Positions 12,736 through 25,428 of a stretch of DNA of 64,000 bases are shown piece by piece. The translations under genes and the position numbers were made by a program. The stretch's first letter is position 1. Each line of letters begins with the position of its first letter. Source of the DNA: Marsupella aquatica (Eukaryota > Plantae > Marchantiophyta); the NCBI GenBank assembly GCA_973895155.1, contig OZ316899.1, positions 16,395,974 through 16,459,973 on the forward strand, written 5' to 3'. The notes under the pieces were generated by a model. That model saw only the letters and a program-made list of their open reading frames with translations, searched no databases and had not been told where the DNA came from.

Positions 12736-15360
12736 TCATTCCCCTCTGTTCAAGATCCAATCTCACAGAACCAGTGTCTTTCTCTCCACACAAGAATCTG
12801 AGTAGACTTCTCAATGTGCATAACATCAATGTTATGTTTGCTTGGCTCAAACTCCTTCACCGTTGCAATGTAGCAGCGTCAACAAATGCCTCAAGTTTAG
12901 TCTCTCTCTTCAAAATGAATGCACATGCTCTGAACCAAAACATGTATCCCAATTAGCATCAACTCCAAGAGGCTTACCCTCCAATACTTGAGCTCCAAGT
13001 CCAATATGCTCTGTCTTTTTACACCATATCGCTTTATTGGATCACTCACTCCATCTTCCCTGCCCCCTCGTTTGATATAGTCATCCCTCAGTGCTCCCCA
13101 TTGCCTGATCTCCTCTTTGGTCACTCGTGCCGGGGGTCCACGTTGCTCAATCTCATTGCCAAAGTGTGCAATCAATGCTTGTCTTTCTCTGTAAGGGTGA
13201 CCTACCTTCAAAAAACAACGATGGCCCATGTATATGACTTTCTGCAGGGCTCTGGAGTACTCACTGGTGACATTGCGCCCATAGATAGTACAAGCACAAT
13301 ATCCTTTTGTTGTTTGGCCTGATATCATCCCATGGGCTGGGTAGTCGGTCTCATTCACAATTGGAGGACCCAAAAGGAACGTCACACTCAAAAGTGACCA
13401 TAGTTTATTATGCTATAGGATATCATTTTTAGGGTGTAATGAGATGATATACAAAATTTTATGTACTATACTTAATAAACATCCTATAAGTTGATAACAT
13501 TCATTAAACTATCTAGCATTTGAGACTTTGAAGCTTTCCTTATATGTCCTTCAAAGATTGATAAAAGGACTTGTCACGCAACGGGTCACATCATTTCAGG
13601 ACTCAAAGGGACTCTAAAAAATGCATTTTAGACAAAGAAATTTTACCAAAGCATGCATACTAATAGCATAATCTTATATTTCAAAACTTAAATAGTGACA
13701 CACACTAAACCTTTATGTACAGGACAAAAATAATCAGTAATTTTGGCTTATTTAGGGCCATCAATAACAGGATCCCTTAAAACAATTGAAAACTTGATGT
13801 ATCTACATGGTGAGGTAGGTTACACCATGTAAAATAGTCTTGTGAAAAAATTAAACTTAAATGTCTTGAGATAAAATCATGATGAACCTTTTTCCATGTT
13901 ACGAAAGTCATTTTTCACTAAAAATGCATGTTTTTGAGTCCTAAAAGTGGTTCCTGCGAGGTACACCCAATTGTGAATGAGGCCAGTCAGCTATAGTCAG
14001 AATGACGATGGCTCTAAGGATGAATGGGTTTAACCTCCCAAGCCTCTGTAGGACATCATATGTGAGAACTCCTTCCTCTCAAAGCTTTCTCAATTCCTCC
14101 ACTAGGGGAGCCAGCAACACATCTATGTTGGCAGATACAACACTGTCTGGCCCTGGTATCAGTAGGACCATCAGAACAAAAAATGGTTTTCTAGTCATCC
14201 AAGGAGGAAGGTTATAATTCAAAATAGTTACACGCCAGCACAAAAATTTGTTGTTCTTGTCTCCAAATGGGTTTACCCCATCCAATGACAGCCCAAGTCT
14301 GACATTCCTTGGCTCAGCAGCAAATTCGAGATACATCTCATCTATGAGTTTCCACTGCCTTGAATCTGCAGCATGTCGTTGTAGCCCATCAACACTTTTC
14401 TTGTCAGTTGCCCAAGTCATCATCTCCAAGATGGCACGGCTTCTGAACATCCGCTGAAGTCTGGGAATGAGTGGAAAATGACAAAGTACCTTTGCAGGAA
14501 CCATAGACTTTCCTTAGTTCCGATACCTGTGCTTCCCACACTTAGGGCATGTCAACGATTTGCATACTCCTTTCTGAAAAGAACATGCCCATTGGGACAG
14601 GCATGGATGGAATCATAGTTCAATCCAAGATTAGATATGCATCTTTTTGCCTCGTACATGTTCTTGGGCAAAATATTACTATCTGGTAGCACAGTTGTTT
14701 GCAAGAATGCCAACAACTCAAAAACTAAAACGTTGGGGACATTGTGGTTGCCACAAATTTTCAGAAACATGATGACAAATCCCAGTTTAGAACATTTGCT
14801 ACCGGGGTACAAAGACTTCCTGCCTTCCTGTATTTGCACGGGAGAGCCAAACATCCCATCATGCCCAAGGGTTTCCTGCCCTATCTCAAACTCATCAAGA
14901 GCCTCTTCGACAGGGGGCACACTTGCATCTGCAGCCGTATCCTCTTCGTTGTCCAGCCCATCGTGAAATGCATCCAAGTCTTGGAAGATGTCTCTCACCA
15001 TCTCTTCCACATGAATTCCTTTGTCACGTGGTGTTGCCTGAGCACCATCCCGTTGGAGGGCTGACAACCCACAGAGACTAGCTACAACTTTTTCAAACAC
15101 ACCAGGCAGAACCTCACTTGCTCGTCTTGCAGCATTGGCAACATCAAATTCTAACCTCCACTCCTCGTCGGAAGAATCTTCCTCTGCAGGATCATTCCAA
15201 ACTCGATGTCGTGGATCTCTTCCATGAACCGCGATGTGTCGCGAAACCTCATTCAGACCCCTAGTACGGGATCCTTGGCAGATTGCACAAGGACATCTCA
15301 TCCTACTGGCTCCTGAAAGTCTAGTTCATAACCTTTCACGCTGCCAAAGCTTATTATCAT
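12736..15360 (-). pseudogene. CACTA TnpD/TNP2-like transposase (transposase-associated plus Transposase_21 domains), disrupted
   Basis: RCPCAIC, YDSIHACPNGHVLFR, RNVRLGLSLDGVNPF, NYNLPPW, DYPAHGMISG; contains stops, frameshifts, a MITE insertion and the LTR truncation. Confidence 0.9.
13347..13984. mobile_element. 638-bp MITE with 18-bp TIRs and 4-bp TSD (AGTC)
   Basis: GGTCTCATTCACAATTGG ... CCAATTGTGAATGAGGCC, flanked by AGTC. The empty site is visible in copy B at ~61985-61995. Confidence 0.9.
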
Positions 15361-15874
15361 GGCATGAAATCCTTGTGGGATGATGCAAAGGCAGTGCCTG
15401 TGCCCTGGGCTGGGTTTGGGGAGGGTGGTGTATAGGGTGCATTGTAACAGGCTGGAAGCTTTGCAGTCATGGACAGCAGTGAACAAGGATGCCTAATGGT
15501 GGTATTTGTGTTCCATATATCCCTGACTGTATCTGCCAAAAGAGTTAACATAACGTGTAATAAATGTACACAAACCCTAAACCACCCCAAAAGAAAAAAA
15601 CAGGTTCTTGAGTAGTGTACCTATTGTCAAGTGAATGACACAAAATTCCTAAATGTTGGAGGGTGTCACCACCTCCTCCGCTGTCCTCAAATGTACTGCC
15701 TCTGCATGTCCACCCATGACCACATCAGAGTCCAATCATGTATAGTCATAGGCACAAGTGTGAGAGCGGTATCAGATATCTCACCTTATTACCAGGTGAG
15801 ATGTGGGTACCAACCCTGTTCTCGATGCCACTCAGACCTCAGGTACTCAGGCATGTACATTAAATCATCAAGGT

Positions 15875-16200
15875 CTAAACCCTGCTCATGCCATGGGGGT
15901 CTTGCATCCGTGCCTGCAAGCAGTGGATGCAATGCCCTCCACCGGGTATTAATTTGTCTATATTTGCAGAATCTTGTGCACAGGACACCACAAGAACCCT
16001 CGGCCAGACATGTGAAAGAACTATATCATCTGCCAAATCAGGCAACAAGGAACCACCTACCACATCATGCTTGTCTAACTCCTCTACTGAAAAGTAGATG
16101 TCCTCTTTGGACTGTGCATCCTCATTCACCATAGATTCAGCGTCTCTTGCATCCTCGGGCGGTGCCAACAAAAGTTTTAGCACCAACCCATGCAAGAGAG
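15875..16200 (-). pseudogene. F-box-like gene fragment carried by the CACTA
   Basis: LLPDLADDIVLSHVWPRV resembles the F-box start of F-box/kelch proteins. Confidence 0.35.
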
Positions 16201-16990
16201 TCCTAACTGTGGCCAGCCATATGGCAGCCCGAAGGAGGAGCCGTAATAGCGCATGTTGATCTAGGAAAGGCAACATACCCACCAAAGTCTGCCGCCAAGA
16301 TTTGAGCCCACCCAGTACGTTTACAGTGACACCCCCAGGCAGGGGTATAGCCACCGAGACAGGAAACAGGAAACAGGAATTTTGGTAGCAGTTTTTTTTT
16401 GCTGTTATCAGGAATATGTTGCTGTTACCAGGAAAAGTTAGTCATTGGAACAGGATAATACTTCATTACTGCAAGCCCGATACATCTGAAAAAAAGCAAT
16501 ATGCATTGCGCTTCATTTACATTCTAGAGCTTAGAACCAACTAACACGGCAACAATTGTTGTCTGAAGATAAGTGAGTCTGGAATCACCAACATACTTCT
16601 GGAAAATAGTGTCCCAAAAACCAGTGAATGTCACGGGAAAAAACATTGACATGGTAGGTCCCACCATAAGTAACATAATATTATAGGCCAACAATAAGGC
16701 AGAAACCACAAATGAAAACTCCAGACAATTTGAAACACCACCAATGATGGGCTAGCGCCTGGCGCTAGCTAAAATGGAAACAACCAACACATTTAGAAAA
16801 TGACATTGGATGAATGCAGAATGTGGCAAACAAAAATTTAAAATATCATTTGTAGTGATAGGATTACAATGAAGTAAATGGTAATAGGAAGACTTCCATC
16901 CCAGCGCCAGGCGCTAACACAAAACTATACCGTTGTAATACGACAAAAACTAATATAACCGTTTTGAGTATAGGACAAATATATCCTTCT

Positions 16991-19900
16991 CTATAAACCA
17001 TGAGCATTCTCCCTTTCCAAGATCAGTCGGACTTCTCCAACTGTGAGAATTGGTTGGCTGGTCACAGTAGATTCCTCAACGTCTAGTTTGAAAACGGTCT
17101 GGAAAACCCAGTACAAATGTTTGCAAGGCATATATGGATGTCTGCAAGAATGTCGACGATAGAAATCCTCACAAGAACAAGTCGGGAAAATACAAATCTG
17201 CACAAAGTAACTATTCGGCGTCCTTAGATTCTCATGTGTTTGTACTTTGAATTGCTTCCCCCATGAGTTCCCAATAGAAACATCCCATTGTCCCTGGACG
17301 GACATGGTCTCTTTTCTTGCAGATTCAATCCTCTTCATGTGACCATGGGTCAAGGTCGATCGAGGAACCGTGTTCTTTCCATTCCGACTCCGGAGACGAA
17401 CAGTGGGTTCCAGAAGATTGACTCTCTCTGGAAATAAGTTTACATTGATTCGAAGCTCGAAAAGTGATGGTGGAGGTAGAGGACCGTCTCTTCCTCGGGC
17501 TATAGGTATTCCCTGGTCAACAAGATACTTCATCTCAGCTTCCGAAACATTTGTTCCTTTTATAATAGGAAGAACATCGGGAAAGGAGGGCAGGTTCACT
17601 ACACCACGGCGGGGACGGCTCCGATAACATGTGTTGTTTGGGCAGAACCAAATCATTTTGGCTATGGGTTCCCCCCTGAACATGCGTTGTCCTTTGACAA
17701 CAATGCCGATGACACCGTTTGATGAGGGGAACCCAACTTTCTTCACTCTATTTCGACACTCATCTCTCTCGGAACTACCACCAAATGACGCGTTGCACAG
17801 TGGACCGGCCCCAAATCTTGATGTCCGACGCAGATGCCATGAACCTTGCATGACTTCTGTTTCAAGAACTGGAGATTGGAGCGATGTCTGCTGAAGTACA
17901 GTGGGAGCGCTTTGTGGGTATTGTGTTGAACGTGATTGATGTCGAACCTACGGTGTACTGAAATCATCACATTCTGAATCCCTCGAATCATCACTTCCTG
18001 AGAGATTGACAACGGAAATGTCATCAGGTTTTTCTTCCGATACGGAAGCAAACATTGTGTGGTGCAGATTTTTACGCTTGAGTGATCTGGTATTCGGCGA
18101 TGTGATAAGGACTTTATCATGCCGGTGGGAGTCTTGTGGCGAGACAATCCCAGTTGCAGGTCCTTTCCTCTTGACAGACTTTGTTAGAACATCTCCGTTG
18201 AGAGGAACGCTTCTCTCCAAGTCAAACTCAGCTGCATTGGAGAGGAGCATGTTCGTCGCATCCTCGAACAACTTTGGGGAACCTGCCTGGTCAGCTGAAT
18301 GAAAAGCCAGTTCCCATATTGTAGGACCTCTTCCTCTACTCAATCCTTTCCGATATGCGGTATAGGCTGCAACCTGAGATATAGCTCGATTCTGATCCAT
18401 TTCACATGCCTCGAAGAGCCCAACTTTTTTTCATTAGCCATGCTTTCATTCCTGCGTGAACAGACTCTGATCCGGTACAGTTAGGAATCCTAGCGCCTTC
18501 TTCAGCACTTTTGTCCTGGAACGGCAAAGCATAAACACTAGTAAGAATCCGCAAAACATACTAGCGCCAGGCGCTAGGCAGAACATTTTGACAAAACCAT
18601 CAATATTATTGTGTAATCACATGTTTATGAAAATAAACAGGTCAATATTTGAGAATCAATGACATTATTTGGATTCTTTGGATGGAATGTTGAGGAATGT
18701 CATCTCAAAAATGTACTTCCACAAAGGAATCTGACTTGCATATTACTAGCGCCAGGCGCTATTACCTACCAAGCGAATAAAATTTCCCCACTGCCTCCAA
18801 CGCATGACCCACCACGATATCCAACTTTGAAGCATTCGGAGCTTCCCAGGTAAGCAGTTACCCGACTGCCACCATAGGTCAATCTCTCTTGAAAGTCGGT
18901 AAGCCTCTACAAATGTCGGTGCGTTCCGTAATTTATCCCATAGCATTCGATGTTCCGCCTGCTTCTCTTCCAACACTCCTTCAACAGAATGGCGATGAAA
19001 AGCTTGGTAAAAATGAAAAGCGTCCGCCCTCTCCCGTTCAGGGTTTGGGTGCCCTCCAAAAAAAACATTTCGGACTGCTAACCATCCGGCTTGGGCATTG
19101 TCTGCCATGAAGCCATGAATGGTTGGATTATCTAACCCATTCTCTTTGGAAACCTCAATCATCAATCTCCAAGCCTTCTCGAACGACGCCGTGTCCTCAG
19201 CTTTTAGCTCGCAAGTAAATATTGTACACAATGCGCGGTAATTATGATCGTAAACATGTGCGCTGAAAGTCACCCAATCTTTGGTCATTCGTTTCATGAC
19301 ATCGAAGCTTACCCAGGCACCTTGAAGCATCCCTCCAGGTTGCATTTGCCGCAAAAGATCCACCCCAGACCCATGGCCTTGGAAGTCATCTTAAATATGT
19401 GAGGTCTGTCTTCTTGAGATCCTTGACCTGGAAGGATGTACCTCTGTAGAAAAGGCATGTTGATATTCTTTTGATACCGAACAAGAAAATCCAACTCTCC
19501 ACGGCCTTTCTGGTCCTGCCTCACACTCCTGAAAAGAGATGCAAACTTCTGTGGAGTAGAAACTACCATTAGAGACTGGAAAATCTATGTCTCTTCGATA
19601 TCTTCAATCTCACCCAAGCTCTCACACAAAGACTATACAAAAGATCCTGTCGCTAGATTTTTAATCCCGGCAGGCGTCCAAGTAGGATTGCCTTCCAATT
19701 TCTATTTAATGACATCTTCAACTACCTTTTCTGCACTTCGAGAAAATACCTTACGACAAGGATGGTTGTGGGTGCCCACATGAATAGCAAGGCGAGACAT
19801 GTGACTACAGGTATCTGAGTCAAGCAGAACTTGAGGATACATATAAAACAGTCTTGCAGAGCATGCCTCTACACAAAAAGGGAGCTGTTGGCAATAATGA

Positions 19901-20754
19901 CAAACAACTCCACCCTGGTCAATGAACAATCCAACACGGTGAGAGCCTCCAAGTTTCGGGGTACCAGCCCATGCCTTTGCATTCCTCCTCTTCTTTCGGC
20001 AGAAGTAGTCACAAGTTTTATTCCTGCACTCAATAAATCCAGTACAAGTGACTTTTCTGAATTCCCAGTATTTTTTGGGCTGCACGTTTGCAGTGGTAGG
20101 AAATATTCTTGTCCAGATGTAGCAATCCTTGGTTTGGTCCATGTCCCGTAGACGGGATCCTTTTGAAAGAATTCCTGATGATGGAGGCAACTCAAACACT
20201 ACGTTTCCATTGTACTTTGGAGGCAAACAAGGTACTTGTTCATGCCGGAAGTTTCCAGCCGAAATGAACCTCGAAAGTTTGCTGGACCCAGTTGACTTGA
20301 GCAGCGCGTCCATTGCACTTCTCCGGTATACAATATGGGATTGCGACGATGGCATCTCCTCTTTGACCAAGACCACGTTAGGCGCCAAAGGCTCCACAAA
20401 GGGGATCCTTGGTGGCTCCTCATCATCACTATCGGAAAGAGCAACTACATCCACTGGATCCCTCTGAGGGGATTGTTGATCTCCTTGATTTGGTTCCTAA
20501 ACGACAATGGAGTAGCGCAACCCAACATTAAGGTGCCAAAATCTCACCCCATCATCGACATCAAAAAGTGCAACAGATTCGAGGTCATTGGCTTCCGTTC
20601 CCTCCTAAACGATTGCCTCTATGTCATTCATGCGCAAATCAAACCTTCCACAAAGATAAACCTCACTTATTTGCCTATACCTTTCGGCCACAGACACTAG
20701 AATGGAAACGATGTCACCGGTGGACATACGGGTAACTACGATTGACTGAGACAT
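16991..20754 (-). pseudogene. MULE-type DDE transposase with N-terminal GCM/WRKY-like zinc domain and C-terminal SWIM finger (2 exons, intron ~18516-18769)
   Basis: CTGFIEC..C...CHYC...C...HVGTHNHP (GCM-like); SFDVMK (D1); FMADNAQAGWLAVRNVF (D2); AFHFYQ; exon-2 PNCTGSESVH (E); TCSCEDF...MPCKHLYWV (SWIM). Several stops and frameshifts. Confidence 0.85.
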
Positions 20755-20968
20755 CACAGAAGCCTCGGAAGCAAATGAGCGCTGGAAAATTATGAATCAA
20801 AATTCCACCGACGAGGGTTGTTATCGATCCTGACTAACAGTCCTCTAAAGCCGTTATAATAAGACAATCCTCTGACACCATAAATGTATTTTGTCGTTAT
20901 ATCAACGTCATTTACAATCAACGTCATTTAGGAAGAACCCTATTGTTCTAGATATATCAAATGATAAA

Positions 20969-21172
20969 TAGCGCCAGGCGCTATTAAAAACAATACAAAA
21001 GTAGAGGCCCCTGCATAGTCAATTTTTGTGTAGCGCCTGGCGCTATTAATAACAATCCAAAAGTTTAGGGTCCGTCTAACGTCAATTTATGTGTAGCGCC
21101 AGGCGCTAATAAAAGAAAATGACATAAAACAAATTCCTAAAGGAGACCCTAGATGATTAGCGCCAGGCGCTA
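20969..21172. promoter_or_regulatory. Phased array of four TAGCGCCWGGCGCTA palindromes in the divergent promoter
   Basis: Starts at 20969, 21031, 21094 and 21158 (spacing 62/63/64 bp). Confidence 0.85.
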
Positions 21173-21922
21173 ATATTGATATCATTCATATTATGAACGT
21201 ATACAATGGTGAAAATAGAAGTATGAGACTTCAAAAGGTTGAGAAAGCTTTGTTTTTTGCTAGCGTCGGGCGCTAGTTTTCTTTTGTATTAGAAATATGA
21301 GAAAATCGGATTTTGGGGAAAGTAATGGCGTATTAACGCCTCTTATGGCTCTATATTGAATTCCCGACTGACATTTAAATTGAAGATTTTAGGCCTTGGA
21401 AATTACTAGCGCCGGGCGCTACTATTTAGTGAGTAAAAATGAATTTGACATATTCTCAGGTTTTCCTTTCAACGGTCATATTCAACGGTAACTATAGGTT
21501 GCGTGACCCTCAATACATCGATCCCCTTTGGTGTTGTCGAATAAGATAACAACATGTGTCACAGATCCAGGCCAGTGGTTCAGTTTCCTTAGCGTATATG
21601 TCATGCTCTGTGCTCTAGATTCTTCTTATTTCCCATGTTAAGTACAGTATGATCAAAGCTGTTTGACGGGTTTTGCCGTTCAAGGTACGGAAAGAGCGCA
21701 TTGGTCATCACTACTTCCTTCGCCCTTGTGCGAGCAATGGACCCTGCCTTATCCTCCTCTCAATGCTTTAGTGGAAACGGGCATAGAGAGGTCGTTCCCT
21801 CGCAAACATCTGAGTGCTCATTTTCAGGATCTGTGTATAGTCGTTGAGTGACTCGATCCACTGCTTTGCGAGATCCTGCAGCACAACCCGCTGTATCGTT
21901 CCCGAATAGCAAGAGAGGGAAG

Positions 21923-24900
21923 ATGGATGATTCTGATTTGTTTGCTGTGGAGGACTTCGGAGAGACATCGCTGACTGTTTATGATGTGATCACCAAACAC
22001 ATTATGTCGTTTGGAAAAGATTTTCGAGGACATGACAAGGATCCGCCAAGGATTCCAATGTGCCGACTACTTCATATGGAAGTAGTGCGGACCTTACAGA
22101 AGGGAAGTCCTTCGATAGAGAAGCTGAAAGACTCCTTTCAGAGCACAGGATACAATTCTAAGATCGGCATGTTGTTTTACGTCCAACCAACAGATTCCAA
22201 TGGAGAAGTCCAGATTTGCACGCCAGAGATCCGTGCTTCCTGGGATGCAATTGGGTCACCGAGAATGAAAAGTTTGAGGCGGAATGTGCTGCCGACCCTG
22301 ACTTCTCTGTCTTGCAGGATAAGATGTTTTCTGTGTTTGATGGAAACCATCGACTCTATGCATGGTCCATCGTCACGAAGGAGAATCCGGATGATGTGAA
22401 ATACCATCCTCGCATTCAGTGCACAATATTCAAGGGTGAAAAGGGGTCCTTGATCGAGATTGAGGCAGCGATGCACATTGTTAACCAGTAAGTGTCTCTT
22501 CCAATATATTTCTAATCTAATCTATGATCATAGTGTTTCACTAGCGCCGGGCGCTACTGACTCCCTCTCTCATTTTCAGGCTTGGGCAGGCAGTGGTCGA
22601 ACCCTCTTGGATACAAGATGCAGACCGTATCAACCGAATTCTCTCGAATGAACTCGATTACTACAAGTCTATCATTGACGCTACAAACTTCAAGAAGTTT
22701 GGGCAGATCATGCAGAAAACAAGGAAGGGGTCGTGGTATACGAAAAAAATGCCTCAAGAAGCACTTCTGTACATCTTGTGTGAGAATAAGATCAAGTCTT
22801 ATTCTCGATAGTTTAAGATGGATCTGGAACATGCTGCCGCTCAGGGTACACCTTGGTCTCCCGGAGAGATTTCAAAAAGACATGCAGCGATGATGAAGGA
22901 GGCAACAAAGGATTGGGCGATAAAGGTGTCAAAAATCACTCCTCTGTTAAGCCTCGCTTTTGAGGATTTCATGCGGACATGTGCTGAGATGTACCCCCTC
23001 ATAGAGAAGAATAAGAGAGAGAAGAAGCCGGATGCAGTTGTCTGTACAATGGATCGAGCAAGATTGTTTACCGCTGTCTCTGCCCTCGACCCCAAGCTGA
23101 GGAGTACCCTTCTGGTTGCCCATTGTACACCGGAGTTGAGGAAACAATTCTTCCATCCACAGAGTGTTAATGACGATCCAGTGAAGCAATGGTGCCATAC
23201 CTGGCAAACTTGGAACACTGTGGAGGGAATCGCCGTTGGTTTGCTATATCACGCCAGGTCAGTGATATAGTACCCGCCAATCGGTTGCAGGAGTGGGAGT
23301 GTGAGTCGATTGAATCGCTTATTGAAATAGTCTCAAATGACTTCAAGAAATTTGGGGACGCTGTGAAAGGCAAGTTTTTTAATACAATGTGGCCTTCCAA
23401 GTATCCCGACAAGGCTGACTACACCCTCAAGAATCAGAAGAGGGCCAAACGATACCTGTACCGTTTCTTCATGCATATGGAGATTGTGAAGCCAAATTAC
23501 TTTTGGGCATACCCTGCTGCTTTCCAAAAGTGGATCGTTGTTCCCGAAGGAGACATACTGGCCGACGTGTATTCAATGTATCCCGCTGAAGGGTGTCTTC
23601 CACCAAGGGAACTGTCAGAATGGGAGAGAATTCATTGTCCTTGGTATTTGGACACCGATAGATGGGACTCTCCATTCGGAGACACTGAGAAAGACGCATT
23701 TCATAAGCTTTCAAAGACTCAGGTCCCTCCCAAGTTTGTGTCCGACATGAAGCAGGGAATCGAAGGTGATGTGAGCAAGTCGGCGGTAGAATTGCAAGCG
23801 GTGTGCGAAACTACAGTTGTTCATGTTGATCGATCTCGCAAACCCAGAGCCAAAGCAAAAACTGAAGGTGCGGCACCGAGTACCTCAATGCGGTCCGCCA
23901 AAAAATGTAAGTTGTCATTCAGCTTGTAGCTTCACATTTTGGTTAGCGCCAGGCGCTGCTATATGACTATGACTATTGGTTTGTTTTTTCAATTTGTTTG
24001 GACAGCGCCTGGCGCTATTATTCAACATTGAATAAATTCTGCTCTTTTTCCTTTAGGTGGGAGAAAGTCTGACGCTGCAACCGATGAAACAAAAGTAGAT
24101 GCCACTCCAGAGCCTTCCAAAGCCAATACCGGTGCCCAGTCAGACCCAGTAACTCCAATTGACAAAGCAAAAGAGATTGTCCCTCTTGATGCAACCAGTA
24201 CAAAGAAGAAGAAGAAAAGGGCAATTCAAGTAGGAGAATCTTCCCGAGATGATGCCGCTGGAACTGGTGTTCAGAGAGATGTGGGAACCTTCAAGAGCAA
24301 ATCTTCTAGGCATTGCATGGTGGAAACAAGTATCCAAGAATTTATTGATACTACTTTCAACAAAGCAGCAAAACCAGATTGGGTGACTGATGCAGAGAAA
24401 TGGGGAAAAGACTTAATCAAGTCGGGTTCCCGAGAAAAGGGAGTAATCAGAGGAGGGAAAGAAAGATCGTTTGGTGTCAATGCAGGATTCATCTATCTTC
24501 CTACTGGACTTAAACCTACGCTCATGGACCGTCGGGTTCCAAAGTGGAATGTACCAGACCACACAGTTCCCAGTTCTTTCTTCAAAGCGATGGACCCTTT
24601 CCTTTCTGATGATGGCATGCTTGCGATCTTGTATTCTGATGACCATGACCAGGTCTCGCAAGTCATTTCAGCATGCCAGCAGTCCAAAAAGTTCCATTGT
24701 GTCAATTCTCACAATGTCGTCATGTCTATGCCCATGTACAGAGCAAAGACCGATATTCAGGTACAGATCTTGCATCTCTTGTTTATTGTTAGCGCCCGGC
24801 GCTAATTTAGTCTTTGCTGTTGTTCATTACCCGTCGGTTGATAATTTGAGCCAAACGTGTGCGATGCCTGCAGGTATTTACCCTTAGGCTAGACATATTT

Positions 24901-25428
24901 TGTCGGACTTCTTCAAAAGGAAAGGTACCAAAGGATCCAAGGTTTAAGCCTCTATCAATAAGTGAAGATCCTTCGATCTCTAACTTGATTGGGCTTCCAA
25001 CCTTGAAGACAGATCATTTCCCGGAGTTGGATTTTGCTGGGAACGCCTGTCTTTCGGTTGGTTTTATGCAATCGGTGATTGAGCTTTTTACTCTTCCTGG
25101 AGATATTGTCCTTGACTGGACTGTAGGTTCAGGAAGCACATTCATTGCTGGTGATTTTTCTGGTCGTTTCGTGATTGGGTTGGAAAATAGGCGTGAGTTT
25201 GTTGAGACCGCATCAAGGGTTTTCTTAGAACTTCTTGATCCCAAGCATGTTCCAACATTGCCTCCTCCCGCGACCAATTTAAGTGGTCGCAAAAAGAAAG
25301 ATAGACTCCGATCTGTTCTCAATTTTGATTCCGACGAAGAGGAAGGTACCTCTGGAGACGTCGGAGATGACATAGAGAAAACCCAGGAGGAAGATTCTTC
25401 GGAGAAGAGCGAAGACTCAGACGAGTAA
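21923..25428 (+). pseudogene. ParB/Srx-like plus beta-class N4C/N6A DNA methyltransferase-like fusion, ~1050 aa, 4 exons (introns ~22488-22579, 23907-24056, 24761-24873)
   Basis: VRTL...IEKLKDSFQSTGY and FDGNHRLYAW (GxxRxxA); FIYLPTG, FLSDDGMLAI, VIELFTLPGDIVLDWTVGSGSTFIAGDFSGRFVIGLE; GT-AG introns join in frame; two frameshifts and one stop. Confidence 0.8.

Noticed and set aside
20969-21172. CRISPR-like repeat/spacer appearance
   Set aside because: The repeat is only 15 bp and is also dispersed in introns; eukaryotic TE context; no cas genes.
21923-25428. Bacterial contamination as the source of the ParB/MTase motifs
   Set aside because: The gene has GT-AG introns and lies within TSD-bounded elements nested in plant TEs.
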